Assembly: GCF_006345805.1 (NCBI RefSeq) | Contig: NC_043004.1 | Coordinates: forward strand, 19,654,001 to 19,718,000 | From: Octopus sinensis | Taxonomy: Eukaryota | Length of the DNA: 64,000 nucleotides | Direction: 5' to 3' | Shown here: piece by piece, positions 38,780-51,059 of the stretch | Layout: each line of letters starts with the position of its first letter | Numbering within the stretch: the stretch's first letter is position 1 | The notes under the pieces: generated by a model | Database searches by the model: none | What the model was told of the DNA's origin: nothing | Seen by the model: only the letters and a program-made list of their open reading frames with translations | Program-made: the position numbers and the translations under genes

Positions 38780-39600
38780 CAATTTTGTTCCTGTATTAGA
38801 ATCAATCGCCAGACTGCGTATGCTATTCGGCTGAAGTTTCTAGAGTTGAATTTCTAAAGAAACCCAATTCTTTCCGTTATGGTGCACGACTCTGAGATGG
38901 AGTGTTTCCTCACCTCCTCCCCTGTTGTAAATCTCACATCTACAATGCCATATCTTCTCCTTCTTGTAACGTAAGTTTTTCTATCCCACACTGGACGTAG
39001 ACACTTTTCAATCTGCTGCGGTGTAGATCTGATCTACGACTCTTTATTTCTATTGTTCTATGTGTTACTGTTTTTCACAGTGCATCCTGTACAATGGCTT
39101 CAGGAGTGTTAAGTGTTACTCTTCTTCCATTTCTTTTTAATATATTTCTGGAATTTCTTAAATCGTCCATCACCAGATTCTTATTTTCTTCTGTATGACA
39201 CATACAGCTGCGGAACAGTAAATAGTTGATTTGTGTCAATTTTTTTTTTGTAATTTTCTGCGACTCTGTTGGCGTTAATGGTAGTAGTGGTTGATTTTGC
39301 ACCTGTTATGTGTGAAGAATTTCGTTTTTCTTTTTCGCGATTTTCTTCTTCATTTTTGTCGTTGCTTTTGTGGGCTTTTGCGACGGCGGTCGTGGTACCC
39401 GGGAAGCTGTTTTCAGATGCTTTGGCTTGTATATTTTTGTCGGTGTTGGTGGCAATAATATTGTTGCTATTGTTATTGTTGTTAATGTTGATTCTACTGT
39501 TAGTACATCTTTCCGCGTATTTTACTTCAGCTAGGTAAGGTTGACTGTGAAAAGTAATTTCACCTTCAAAACTCCCTCCCACCATTCTCTTTTCTTTCGC
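38780..39600 (-). mobile_element. Tx1/L1-like LINE ORF1 remnant
   Basis: Low-complexity N/T/K-rich N-terminus, then TPEAIVQDAL and RRYGIVDVRFTTGEEVRKHS; similar in style to the ORF1 remnants at 18.3 kb and 51.5 kb; frameshifted. Confidence 0.55.
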
Positions 39601-39885
39601 GTAGAAGGCTCTATATATTGAATTTGTAAACAGTATTTCGAAAAGAAATGCCTTCCTTTCCTCCCCTTAGGGCAGATGACCTTAACGTTTGCTCAGAACT
39701 TGATGGTCCGCTCAAAATAAGACACACTGTGAAACAAAAAAAAAAGGAAACAAGTATAGACTTATAACAATGAAAACAAGTCAATCACTCAGAGCGCTCG
39801 CGTCATGTCAAGTCCTGGCGATAAACAACAACAACAACAACAACAACAAGCAATAACCTCATCGTCATTATTATTGTTATTGTTA

Positions 39886-40370
39886 AGGCGGCGAGCTGGC
39901 AGAAACGTTACCACGGCGGGCGAAAATGCTTAGCGGTATTTTGTCTGTCTTTACGCTCTGAGTTCAAATTCCGCAAGGGTCGGCTTTGTCTTTCATCCTA
40001 ACGGGGTTGATAAATTAAGTACCAATTGCGTACAGGAGTCGATCTAATCGATTTCGGTTATTGTGCCTAGAGTAGAAAACAGTAGGAAAGATTATTATTA
40101 TTATTATCATTGTTATATTAGCACGCTGGGCGAAATGCTTAGTGGTATTTCGTCTGCCACTACGTTCTGAGTTAAATTTCCACCGAGGTCGACTTTGCCT
40201 TTCATCCTTTCAGGGTCGACTAAATAAGTACCAGTTACGCACTGGGGTCGATATAATCGACTTAATCATCCGTTTGTTTGTCCTTGTTTGTCCCCTCTGT
40301 GTTTAGCCCCTTGTGGGTAGTAAAGAAATAGAAATAGGTATTTCGTCTGTCACCACGTTCTGAGTTCAAA
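39886..40370 (+). mobile_element. cluster of three SINE family B copies/fragments
   Basis: AAGGCGGCGAGCTGGCAGAAACGTTA... at 39885; TATTTCGTCTG at 40147 and 40339. Confidence 0.85.
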
Positions 40371-40384
40371 TTCAGGAAATCCTG

Positions 40385-40560
40385 AAGTTGTTCCCTTAAT
40401 CTCACAATGACCATATGTGGTTTGCTAAGGCTGTGACATACATATTTCTCTGGATATTAAAGGAGAATCTGTAGTTGTTAAATCTATCCTTGAAAAGACT
40501 TTCTCTCGTGCCCACATATTTCCACATGTCCGTCTATGTGCTGTTATCGTATGATATCCT
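40385..40560 (-). mobile_element. Penelope-like element GIY-YIG endonuclease fragment
   Basis: Minus-strand YVGTRESLFKDRFNNYRFSFNIQRNMYVTALANHIWSL matches the YIG..E..FK.R..NH..SF......T.LS.HIW.L pattern of PLE endonucleases. Confidence 0.65.
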
Positions 40561-41013
40561 CGCACATCACACGTTTCTCTGTCTTCCATTGGCTATTTAA
40601 TGAACATGCACCGTTGCTTCGATAAACTTTTCAACCAACTCAAACTCACATGCACGCCAGTGCACTGCCACTCTATAGGTCCCTGGCTCATACTTATTGA
40701 AGGAGAATAATAAAAGAAAGCTCTCTTCTGAGTTTCTGCCATGTATTTTCTATCCATTTTGTACGATATCTATGAATTGGATGTGAAACTTTCTAACTTT
40801 CTGTGGTAAAAATCCGACCAGCCTTAGTGACGAATGCTGAGATTAGTTTTCTTAAGTTCTTGAGCATAAAACTGTCTGGTAAAATCGACTTCAGCGGATC
40901 TAGGATATCGCATTCTGCTGATATATGCTCATCCTTTCATCAAATGATACGTCGCGGTAGAGTCGTGCGATTTCTTAGGGCATGCATTTAATATTGATAT
41001 AATATAAATACAA

Positions 41014-41172
<159 letters not shown>

Positions 41173-42329
41173 TTGTATAAATATTGGTATAAGTGTACAT
41201 GTCTAGATTATAAAAGTGTATACATAAATGCGTGTTCGTTTACAATCCTTCCATGAAAACAAGTATACTGGACATTTTGTATTACTCTTCGTGTTGTACA
41301 TGTACGTCTCATTGAACAGATTGATCTTTAGTTTCCTTATGTTGGAACAAAATAACATCAGTGAATAAATATTTGACAAGTATCTTCAATAAGACGAAAC
41401 ATTTCCAAACAAAAGCATACGTGTTCAAGTACTTGCATATAATTCATCAATTCCCTACTTCAGGCTACCAATAGGTTTTTATATTTCCAAGAAGTCATTC
41501 ATACGACATCAGTGGAAACATTTTTGCAAGAAATCATTCTACTATATATATTACATATACCACTACTGTTACTTACTGCAGTCGTAACAGCTTTTGTTAC
41601 TACAGTTTGTAATAGCCGAGATTAAATGATGAAAAAACTCATACTCTCTCATGATGTGAAACTGCTTATATGATGTGTGTGCGTGTGAGTGTGTGCATGT
41701 GTGAGTGTGTATTTGTGTATGTCTTGTCTGTGTATGCCCGTACATTCGTAAATAATGACTGCTATTCGATTTTAACTAATGCTGTAGTTTGATTCTTCTC
41801 TCAGAAAATGCCTAGAACAAATCTGGCTTTTCATTTCTGCTAGGGACCTACACAGTTTTGCAGAGATTTACCAATGATGAATAAACCAAGGGTAGTGGAT
41901 GACTCACTCCCAGCGGTTGGATAGCCATTCTACTGAATTAGTTCACCCACTCTTTAAGAGCTTTTGTTATTCGTCCTACAAGGTGTCCAATGAAAATCAT
42001 AAGTTGTACTGGCTTACATGTTACAGGTTAGCAGTGCATCTATCCATCCGTCAGTCCATCAGCAATCCATCCATCCATACATACATACACATACATGAAC
42101 GATACTCAAAAGTAAACAAAACAACGAAGAAAGTGCCATTATGGGATTTTGAAGACAGAAAAATTTAGCTGAATTACGGGAAACTATCAGCCGTGTGACG
42201 ATGCTTATTGCTTGCAAATGAGTAAATCACTATACGTCACGTTAAGAAAAAGTGAAGAAGGAGAGAGAAGTGGTTTGTAGATAGCAAAAAGAGAATACTG
42301 AAATGCGAACTGATAACCCTCTAGCAGGA

Positions 42330-43520
42330 GCTAAAATCTGTCAGTGAGAAACTCTGATATCGGAGGAGAATAACCGAAAGAAAAACAACTAAGAATTTAA
42401 CCGGTACCAGGACCAGGAAGCAGTATACAGAGACATGAGAGGAGAATCAGTAAATATCATAGAAGCTCCTTTATGAGAAGAGATAGACTCCTTCTGGAGG
42501 AATATCAGGAGTGAAGAGATAGAATTTAACCGAGTCGCAATATAGCTGATATAAATTCGAAGTTATAAATGTCCCTGCATTGAGCATAAGAATTACAGCA
42601 TTGATGGTAATGCCCTTGTGACTATAATACAGAAAATTCAGGAGGGAAATGCACCTTGAATAGACTTCATTATTGGATACTGGTACCTTCTACCGATGAT
42701 ATCTTTTCAAGGTCTCGATGGGAATAGTAGCATACCACACTGCTTAGCTCTGGCAGAGACAAAAGTGAGCCCCAAAGCAGAACCACCCACATGCCAGAAA
42801 TTAATATATGCAACAAGTTTAGAATTCTTCCTCCACAACCATTGAGAAAGTAATATTATTATCACAAGAATAAGCACATGGGAAGAAGGGGATTTAGGGA
42901 TGTGCCGAACAATTGTTAATGAACAAAACTGTAATCTCAGGAGTGTGGGATCATAAGAAGAACCTAGTGTTAATGAAAGCCTTTAAGTCTGCTAGATGCC
43001 CTTCGACTTGCTAAACTTCCAGTGACCTTAGTCAAAACTATAGCTCACCTGGTTTCATCGTGGGCTACCATTTTGAAGTAAAATGTTAGGAGTGGTTGTA
43101 TTATCACTGATAAAATACATCATAGTGGTATATTCCAAGGGGACAGCTTCTCTGTGATGCTGTTTATACTTTCTGTAAATCCCCCGTCATTGTTATTAAG
43201 GAAGTCTGAACGATATCTCACTTGTTCACAAGGAAACAGAAATACCAAAAATACACACTGTTTCTTTGTGGATGACTTGAAACTATTTGCCAAGAAAATG
43301 CATGAAATGAAAAAGAGCATTGACCTGGTTACAACATTCTCAAAGTATATAGGGTTGGCGTTTGGTAAGGATAAACGTTGCTAAATGGTTGTGAAAAGAG
43401 GGAAAACTGTAAACCAGACTAACAGTATCTCCATCAACTCCACCAATGACTTAACTGTTTCCCTATATCTGATGAGGAATGTTATAGGTATATAGAGGTA
43501 GATGAAAATATATCTTATGT
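42330..43520 (+). mobile_element. R4/Dong-like LINE RT region, degenerate
   Basis: EEIDSFWRNI, GIFQGDSFSVMLFILSVNP and CFFVDDLKLFAK...TTFSKYIGLAFGKDK (RT motifs 4 and 5). Confidence 0.85.
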
Positions 43521-44056
43521 GGGTACCTGCAACAAGACACGTATCAGTAAAAATATTACAGCCGAATAAAGAAAAACTTTATAGAAATAGAATAATGGTA
43601 TACACACACATACAAACCATCGCGCGTACGCACACTTATACACACATACATACAAACAGATAGACATCACGCACACACACACACATAAACATAAAGGCAC
43701 ATATATATTTTTTTTTCTGTCCTCGCTGAGATGATACAATAAATATGACATGTTTACTAATGTCTTATCTGTCTAGTGAATTAAATTAATTAAAAAAGGT
43801 AGTAACGGCTAAAATAATTTTGTATACCCTATAGTAAACTTTGCTATTTATGAAAAATAATAACGCTACCACATCAGTGATATTTATGCGTATATACCTA
43901 TATATTTGTGTGTGTATATGTATGCGCTTATACTTAATATGTAAATATATTTATATATAGTCGTATACATATATTCACACATACACACACATGTACAGTT
44001 ACTCATACATAGAACAGAAAAGTTAAACTGTGTATAGTTGTGGAAATCAGTTACCC

Positions 44057-44200
44057 GGCGCAAGCGTGGCCGTGTGACAAGAAACTTGCTTTCCAACCGC
44101 ATGGTTTTAAGTTCAGTTTCCCTGCGTGGCACCTTAGGCAAATGTCGTCTACTATAACCTCTGGGTTACGAAAATCTTGTGAGTGTATTCGGTAGACTGT
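44057..44200 (+). mobile_element. SINE family A (5' part)
   Basis: GGCGCAAGCGTGGCCGTGTG...CTGCGTGGCACCTTAGGCAA. Confidence 0.75.
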
Positions 44201-44215
44201 TACAAGTCCATTATA

Positions 44216-44269
<54 letters not shown>

Positions 44270-44273
<4 letters not shown>

Positions 44274-45540
44274 TGAGAAAGTTGGTTTGTGAAAGCAAGT
44301 GGTTGAATATATAGAAAATAGTAAAAAGTGAAAAAACTACAGAAGGCTTAAATGTTAAAAAATACATATTTGCGTCAAAATGTCTGAAGAATATTAAAAA
44401 TTTTTTTTCTCTTATAATGACATAATTTTGAAGAAAGACCGGTTTCGCGTTTAGCTTTTTAAATTTCTTACGACGTTATGTTTATGTTGAATAGAGTTAT
44501 CGTTATGTTTATGTTCAAAAGAGTTCTAAATAAGGGGAGGTAATGAGTGATTTCTTCCGGTGTAAGGGAGATAATCGCTTAAAGTTTTTTTCCTTTCCCT
44601 TGGTGTGAATTTCTCTGTATCAGTATGTTGGGATGGTTAAGTCTTGGCTTGTACTTTTCAATGAAGAATGTTTCCTTGTTTAGTCTAATTTGTGTTGATG
44701 ATCCGATAGCACATTGGTAAAATGGAAAGATTAAAAATTGTGGTAGTAGTTGCTTTGCGCATTTCTCAATGTGCTCACTAAAAGGTATCATTCTGTATTC
44801 TGGGAATGCAATCTGTTGTCGATGCAGTGTGCATCCACGTCAGAGTGATAGTCCCGTGGATGCTACGTAGTCTTGGTGGCAGCCCGAGCATTTTATGACA
44901 TAAATTATGTTTTCAGAGGCACAAGTAAAATTAGATTTGATCTTGAATTTCTGTCCCTCTTTAAAGAGGAATTCTGATCCTTCTAGCAGGTTTGGACATG
45001 TTGCACAGTCCGATCTACCACATTTTTTTACTTTTGCATCCGTAATTTCAGAAGACAATTTTGCCTTTGTGAGAATCTTTTTAAGTGATTTGGGTTGTTT
45101 GTAGCTTTTAATGATTTGGTGTATGTTTAGAATTTCCTTTAATTTGGGGTCCCTATGAAGTATTGGTAAATTCTGGGTGATGATGGTGAAGGCTTCTTTG
45201 TTTCTGGGGTTGTATGTAGATATGTAAGGTAGTATTTTCGGGGAAGGTGTGTTGTTGTGTTGAACTTTTCTTAAAGTTTCTATGTTGATTTCTGTTGCAC
45301 GTCTGATCCCATCCTCTATGAGTTGAGCTGGGTAATGTCTGTCAATTAGGGTGTTTTTGAGTTCTTGCAGTCTAAAGTTCCTGGTATTTTGTTCTGACAC
45401 TATTGTGCATATCCTTCTTGCAATGTTGAAGGGGATGTTGTTTTTTTAGTGTGTCTTGGGTGGCATGAATTAAAAAGAAGGTATTGTTTGGCGTCTGTGG
45501 CTTTGTAAATAATGTCTGTTTCTATTTTAAGGTTAATTTT
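44270..45540 (-). mobile_element. Penelope-like retroelement, 5'-truncated: RT thumb, Cys linker, GIY-YIG endonuclease and 3' pLTR-like region
   Basis: ETDIIYKATDAKQYLLFNSCHPRHTK / NIPFNIARRICTIVSEQ (frameshift near 45445), KCGRSDCATC, NIIYVIKCSGCHQDYVAST, in-frame TGA at 44840, then FFIEKYKPRLN. Confidence 0.93.
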
Positions 45541-45547
45541 TTAATTA

Positions 45548-45591
<44 letters not shown>

Positions 45592-45710
45592 ACAATCAAG
45601 GAACGGCCATGATAGGCCATTCACCCACTAGAAATAACAGCCAAAGCTTCAACCGCAAATAAAGATTAATTCCGTAAACAGGAGAAAATTTAAAAAACAT
45701 TTACCCTGTA

Positions 45711-45816
45711 ATTTCTTGTACGATGCACCGTTTCATCTGCTGTTTAATGGTAACTAACCTGATTAAATTAAATCAAGCCAATCTTCCATAGGCCCTCAGA
45801 TTCTTCAGCAAGAAAT
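45711..45816 (-). ncRNA. type I hammerhead ribozyme (predicted)
   Basis: Minus strand: stem I AUUUCUUG/CAAGAAAU (8 bp); core CUGAAGA; stem II AUCUG/CAGAU closing a long insert; GAAA; stem III ACGG/UCGU with palindromic loop UGCA; cleavage triplet GUA. Confidence 0.8.
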
Positions 45817-46029
45817 AGCCAAGTCGGAACAGATATTTTCACGAGGCATTTCAAACCCTGCCAAGGTATATCTGACCTAAAATTTTCAATCGTCGCACTC
45901 GCGCCAAATTTATCGGCAGCAATAAATATAAGCCGTCGATTCCATTACGGAATTAACCAGAAAATTCATAATTAATCAATATAGGGTGGAATTCTACAAA
46001 ATTTTTTCTGCCACCCTATATTGATTAAT

Positions 46030-46071
<42 letters not shown>

Positions 46072-46087
46072 TATTATATATATATAT

Positions 46088-46128
<41 letters not shown>

Positions 46129-46129
46129 A

Positions 46130-46162
<33 letters not shown>

Positions 46163-46339
46163 ATGGGCTTCTAACCGTCTACCGAATATATATAGATATA
46201 TTACATGTATGTGTGTGTATGTGCATGTCTGTGTTTGTCCCACTACCACCGCTTAACAATCGATGTTGGTCTGTTTATATCCCAGTACCCTAGCGGTTCG
46301 GCAAAAGAGACCGATATAATAAGTACTATTCTTTTATTC

Positions 46340-46505
46340 TTTTCTTCTTTTACTTGTTTCAGTCATTTGACTGCGGGTATGCTAGAGCACCACCTTTAGT
46401 TGAAGAATTCGACCCCAGGAGTTATTCTTTGTAAGCCTAGTACTTATTCTATCGTTTTTTTGGCCGAATCGCTAAGTTACGGGGACGTAACACACCAAAG
46501 ACACA

Positions 46506-46588
<83 letters not shown>

Positions 46589-46740
46589 TCGACTGGCTTC
46601 TTTCAGTTTTCCAAATCTGCTTTGGTCGGCCTGAGGCTAGAGCAGAAGATATTTGCACAAGGTACCACGAGGTGGGACTGAACCCGGAACCATGTGGTTG
46701 GTGAGCAGGATTATTACCACACAGGCACTCCAGCACCTAT
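46340..46740 (-). mobile_element. SINE family A with internal (CA)n tract
   Basis: Reverse complement of the 376-820 copy (GTGGGACTGAACCCGGAACCATGTGG; CTTTTACTTGTTTCAGTCATTTGACTGCGG). Confidence 0.85.
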
Positions 46741-47223
46741 GCATACAAAAATAAGTCATTGTATCGATTTTTTCCTCTAAAACCCTTCATGGCGGTGCCC
46801 CACCATGGCCGCAATCAAACGACTGAAACAAGTAAAAGATAAAACATGAATGGTGAAAGCGATATGCGCAAACAATTCATAGGGAAATAGACAACCTTCA
46901 GTAGCCTTTTCTTTATTTCTGTGGACACTACTAAGTAGTAATATGCTCACAAAAGTTATATCATAAAAAAAAATAAACCTGCGCAAGGCATATCTGCTTA
47001 ATACTATTATTAAGTATTTAATGCATTAAATGACATTGCTTCATTTTCTAGAAATAAATCTTCAAAAAGATAGTGTCTGTTTAATTTCAAGATGTGTGTG
47101 TGTGTGTGTGTGCTTCTGTGTATGTATAGGAATGTATATAATATATATGCATATTATGTATATGTGTGTGTGTATACATATACACACAACACACAAATAT
47201 GTAGATATTATGTGAACATATTT

Positions 47224-47273
<50 letters not shown>

Positions 47274-47892
47274 TATCTATATATATATATGTATTACTGA
47301 TGTAGAATGATTATTTTTCATACTATACCAAAGTTTGCTATCGGGTGGACAAAAATATTTTGTGTGTGCGTGTGTATAAAATGTTTGAAAACGTTTATGT
47401 ATACATACACAGGCATAATCTTTATATAAATTTGGTTGAGCAAACAAAACTCAATACATAGGTAGAAATACTTTTATACTTAATCGTCAGTAAGTTAGGA
47501 AAGCGATTCATGCGGCGAGTTTTGTGCATAGCATGATACACTTAATAAGTGCAAAACCCGACTATTCTGATTTCTAAGTCGCTTCTGTAACAATTAAAGC
47601 TTATATATATTATATATATATATTAGGAAAATAAGACAAGGTGGAAAATGCTAAAATAATTTTATCATGACGAACATTTTAGTACTGGTTTCATGAAGCT
47701 GTCCACACTCCAACTGAAATACAAGTTTCTCCCCTAAAAGGAGGAAAGCAGTAAACCAGTAAACCGGTAGAATAAGTACTAGGCTTGAAAAATATCCTGG
47801 AGTCGATGAATTCGACTAAAATTTCTTCGAGGTGGTGCCCAACATGGCTGCAGTCCAATGGCTGAAACAAATAAAAAAATTATACAAATATA

Positions 47893-49144
47893 CTGAGGTT
47901 GGACAAAATAATGGAAACGCCTAGCATTATAGCATCGGAATTTTTGGAATGTCTATAAAACTATCAAAAGCTTGTATATTTTTTTTATATTTATTATTAG
48001 TGTTGCTTAATATTGTTTGCTAAAATTGCTATTTCTTTTCAGATGTCATCAGCAAAAGGTAATTCAAATTCATTAAAATGACAGATCTATTGGACTTTCA
48101 AAGACGTCAAATTGTTGGTGCTCGTATGGCAGGCACTAGCATAACGAAAACAGCCGAAATGTTTGGTGTATCAAGAAGTACTGTCTCGAAAGTAATGACA
48201 GCCTTTGAGAAAGAGGGAAACAAAACTCCGGAATAAAACCAAAACTTTCAGATAGGTATCGTCGGACTCTTACGCGAATTGTTAGAAAGGATCACAAAAG
48301 TACAGCTCCCAGAATTACTGCGGATCTTAATGACCACCTCGAGCACCCAGTTTGGACAAAAACTGTTCACTGGGAGCTGCATAAAGCCGTATTTCATGGG
48401 AGGGCTGCAATCAGAAAACCACTACTTTCAAAAACAAACGTTGCATAGCATTTAGAGTGGAGTAAAACCTACAGAATTGGTTCCCAGAGCAGTGGAAGAA
48501 TGTTATTTTCTCTGACGAGTCATCTTTTACCTTATTTCTGACCATCGGCGGACTGTGCGTGTGGAGACAGCCAAAAGAAGCATTTGAGCCGGACTGCTTT
48601 TTTCCAACTGTTAAACATGGGGAATGATCTTCGATGATCTGGTGGGGTGAGGGGTATATCTTGGAAATCTGCCGGCTCAATGGTTTCCCTTCATGGCAGA
48701 ATTAATAGTCAAGACTTTTTAAGCATTTTATCTGATCAAATTCATCATATAGCTGCGGAACTGTTTCTGGAGGGAATCGCAATCTTTCAGGATGATAATG
48801 CACCAATTCACACAGCTAAAGTTGTTACTGAATGGCACGAGGAACATTCTATTGAAGTTGAACTTATTATCTGACCACCACAGTTCCAAGATCTCAACAT
48901 TATTGAACATTTATGGTGCATTTTAGAAAAACAAGTAAGGAGTCAATATCATCCACCATCATCATTACAAGTACTAGAAACTGTTTTAGTTGAAGAATTT
49001 TTCCTTTGGAAACAAATTCAAACTTTGTACGAGTCTCTAACTCGTAGAATTCAAGCTGTAATTACTGCCAAGGCGGTCCTACCCCATATTAAAATAAATT
49101 TGTTTGAAATTTTTAGGTGTTTCCATTATTTTCTCCAACCCCTG
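47893..49144 (+). mobile_element. full-length Tc1-family transposon (DD34E), transposase inactivated
   Basis: TIRs CTGAGGTTGGACAAAATAATGGAAAC / GTTTCCATTATTTTCTCCAACCCCTG flanked by TA (47891-2, 49145-6). ATG at 48078 gives MTDLLDFQRRQIVGARMAG; motifs VIFSDESSF, IFQDDNAPIH, DLNIIEHLW; stops and frameshifts present. Confidence 0.95.
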
Positions 49145-49984
49145 TATATACATTTGTGTGTGTGTGTGTGCTTGCGTATGTGTGTGTGTGCATGTGTGCG
49201 TGTGTGTGTACACGCGCGTGTAGATTCAGTTAGGTAGTTCGGTTGAATATCATAATGTGGTTGGTACAATTCCTAGACGCGCAGCTCGCTGTGTTCCGGA
49301 GCAAAGCACTTTGTTTAACTATGCTTTAATCTACTCAGCTTAAAGTGGATGCCACAATGTCTCACTCTCTATGTCAATGTCATTCCTTCCTTTTGTCTTA
49401 CTCTTTCTGTCACTTTTCTTTCTATCGTCAGCTGTCATATTCTGTATATGCCGCTGGTTCAGAAGGTGAGAGATTTCAGTGAGAGTTCGTATGCATATGC
49501 GAACGTATGCTCGCGAATATATAGATATCTAAAACAATAATTTACGAAAGCATGCTTGCCGGGCGTTCTCATTTACACACAGATATTACAAAATTCTACC
49601 ATAGTATAAGAAATAAGACGATAATGAAAGAATACAGAAGAATATAGTAAGAAAGCGAGTAAGAGAGTATATATGTGTGTATGTGTGCGAGTGCGTGTGT
49701 GTGAGTATGCATGCATGTATGTATTTATGTATAGCGAAAACCTTAACTTTCTAAATACTGTCAGAAATCCATAAAACACCCAGAGAAGCGTCAAAAGAAA
49801 GATAAGTAAAAAGACGCAAACAAAAATCGGTAATGGAAACAAAAAAATGAGATAACGTGAGAAACTCCTCGTAGGAAATTTCATATGGCTGATTCCCTTT
49901 TGAATATTATTCAAAAGCTATTTTGCTTTAAGCAAATATTTATAAAGAATTACATTTCCTGTATTCAAACTCTTTCCTTTCTGT

Positions 49985-50460
49985 GGTAATATTCGTTTCA
50001 AATTTTAGCACAAGGCCAGCAATTTCAGAGAACGTATCATGTCGATTACATTGTTCCCAGTGTTCAACAGATACTTATTTCATCGACACTAAAAGGGTGA
50101 AGGGGTAAGTCAAATTCGGCATGATGTGAAATCAGAACGTAAAGATGAACGAAATGTCGCTAAGCATCTCGCCCAGTGTGCTAACGATTCTGTCAGATCA
50201 CCGCCTTCTTCTGTTATAATACTAAAAATGTTGTGAAGGTGGCGAGCTGGAAGAATCCGCAGCATGCCGAGTGAAAATCCTTAGCGGGATTTCACCCGTC
50301 AATAAGTTCCGAGTTCAAATTCTGCCGAGAACGACTTAGTCGTTTATCCCTTTCCGGGTCGATAAAATAAGTACCAGTTGTGCACTATGACCGATGAATT
50401 CGAATTGACCCCATTCCCGATATTGCTGGGCTCGTGCTAAAATTTGAAACCAATATCAAA
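49985..50460. mobile_element. head-to-head pair of SINE family B copies
   Basis: Minus copy 49985-50210 (GCTAACGATTCTGTCAGATCACCGCCTT); plus copy 50217-50460 (AAGGTGGCGAGCTGG...GAGTTCAAATTCTGCC). Confidence 0.75.
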
Positions 50461-51059
50461 ATACTTGTGTTTAAGATGATAATACAGCTTGTTTCTGCTG
50501 CTCGCAAAAGCAAGGAGGATCCAAATACAGTGACATGTTTGCTCAATCTTCAAATTCATTTCAAATATCTACTCGAAAACTTCCTGTTAGAGTTGATTAA
50601 AGAATGTCATTACAAGTAATATATCTTAATACATGGGCTGTCAGTCCAGGGTAGAAGTTTGTTTGAGAGTCAACGTTTACCACTATCTTGGTACAGAATA
50701 CAAAAACTGGAAAATGTCCATGTAGCGTGCAAATACAAATAGAATTGCGTTTGTGAGTGGAATTACTATTAGTTGACAGTTTTGCATTAATAGAAAGGTT
50801 CAACGTTCATAACTTGTTTGGGCTACTCTTGGCACCTCTTTAAAAGCCTATTCGTGGATTTTATATTAGGGGTTCCAACGTCTTGAGGGAAGCTCTCCCT
50901 AATGTCTTAAAATGTCCCTATAGACATTCGCACCATCAACAGTGTTTTTGACACTTGAAAGGTGCTGAAGATCACGCCCTCTCTCTCAACGTCCTTCCTT
51001 CGTGCTGTGAGGGCCATAGATTGTTTTTTTAGCCCCCGTCACTAGCACGAAGTTTAGTG

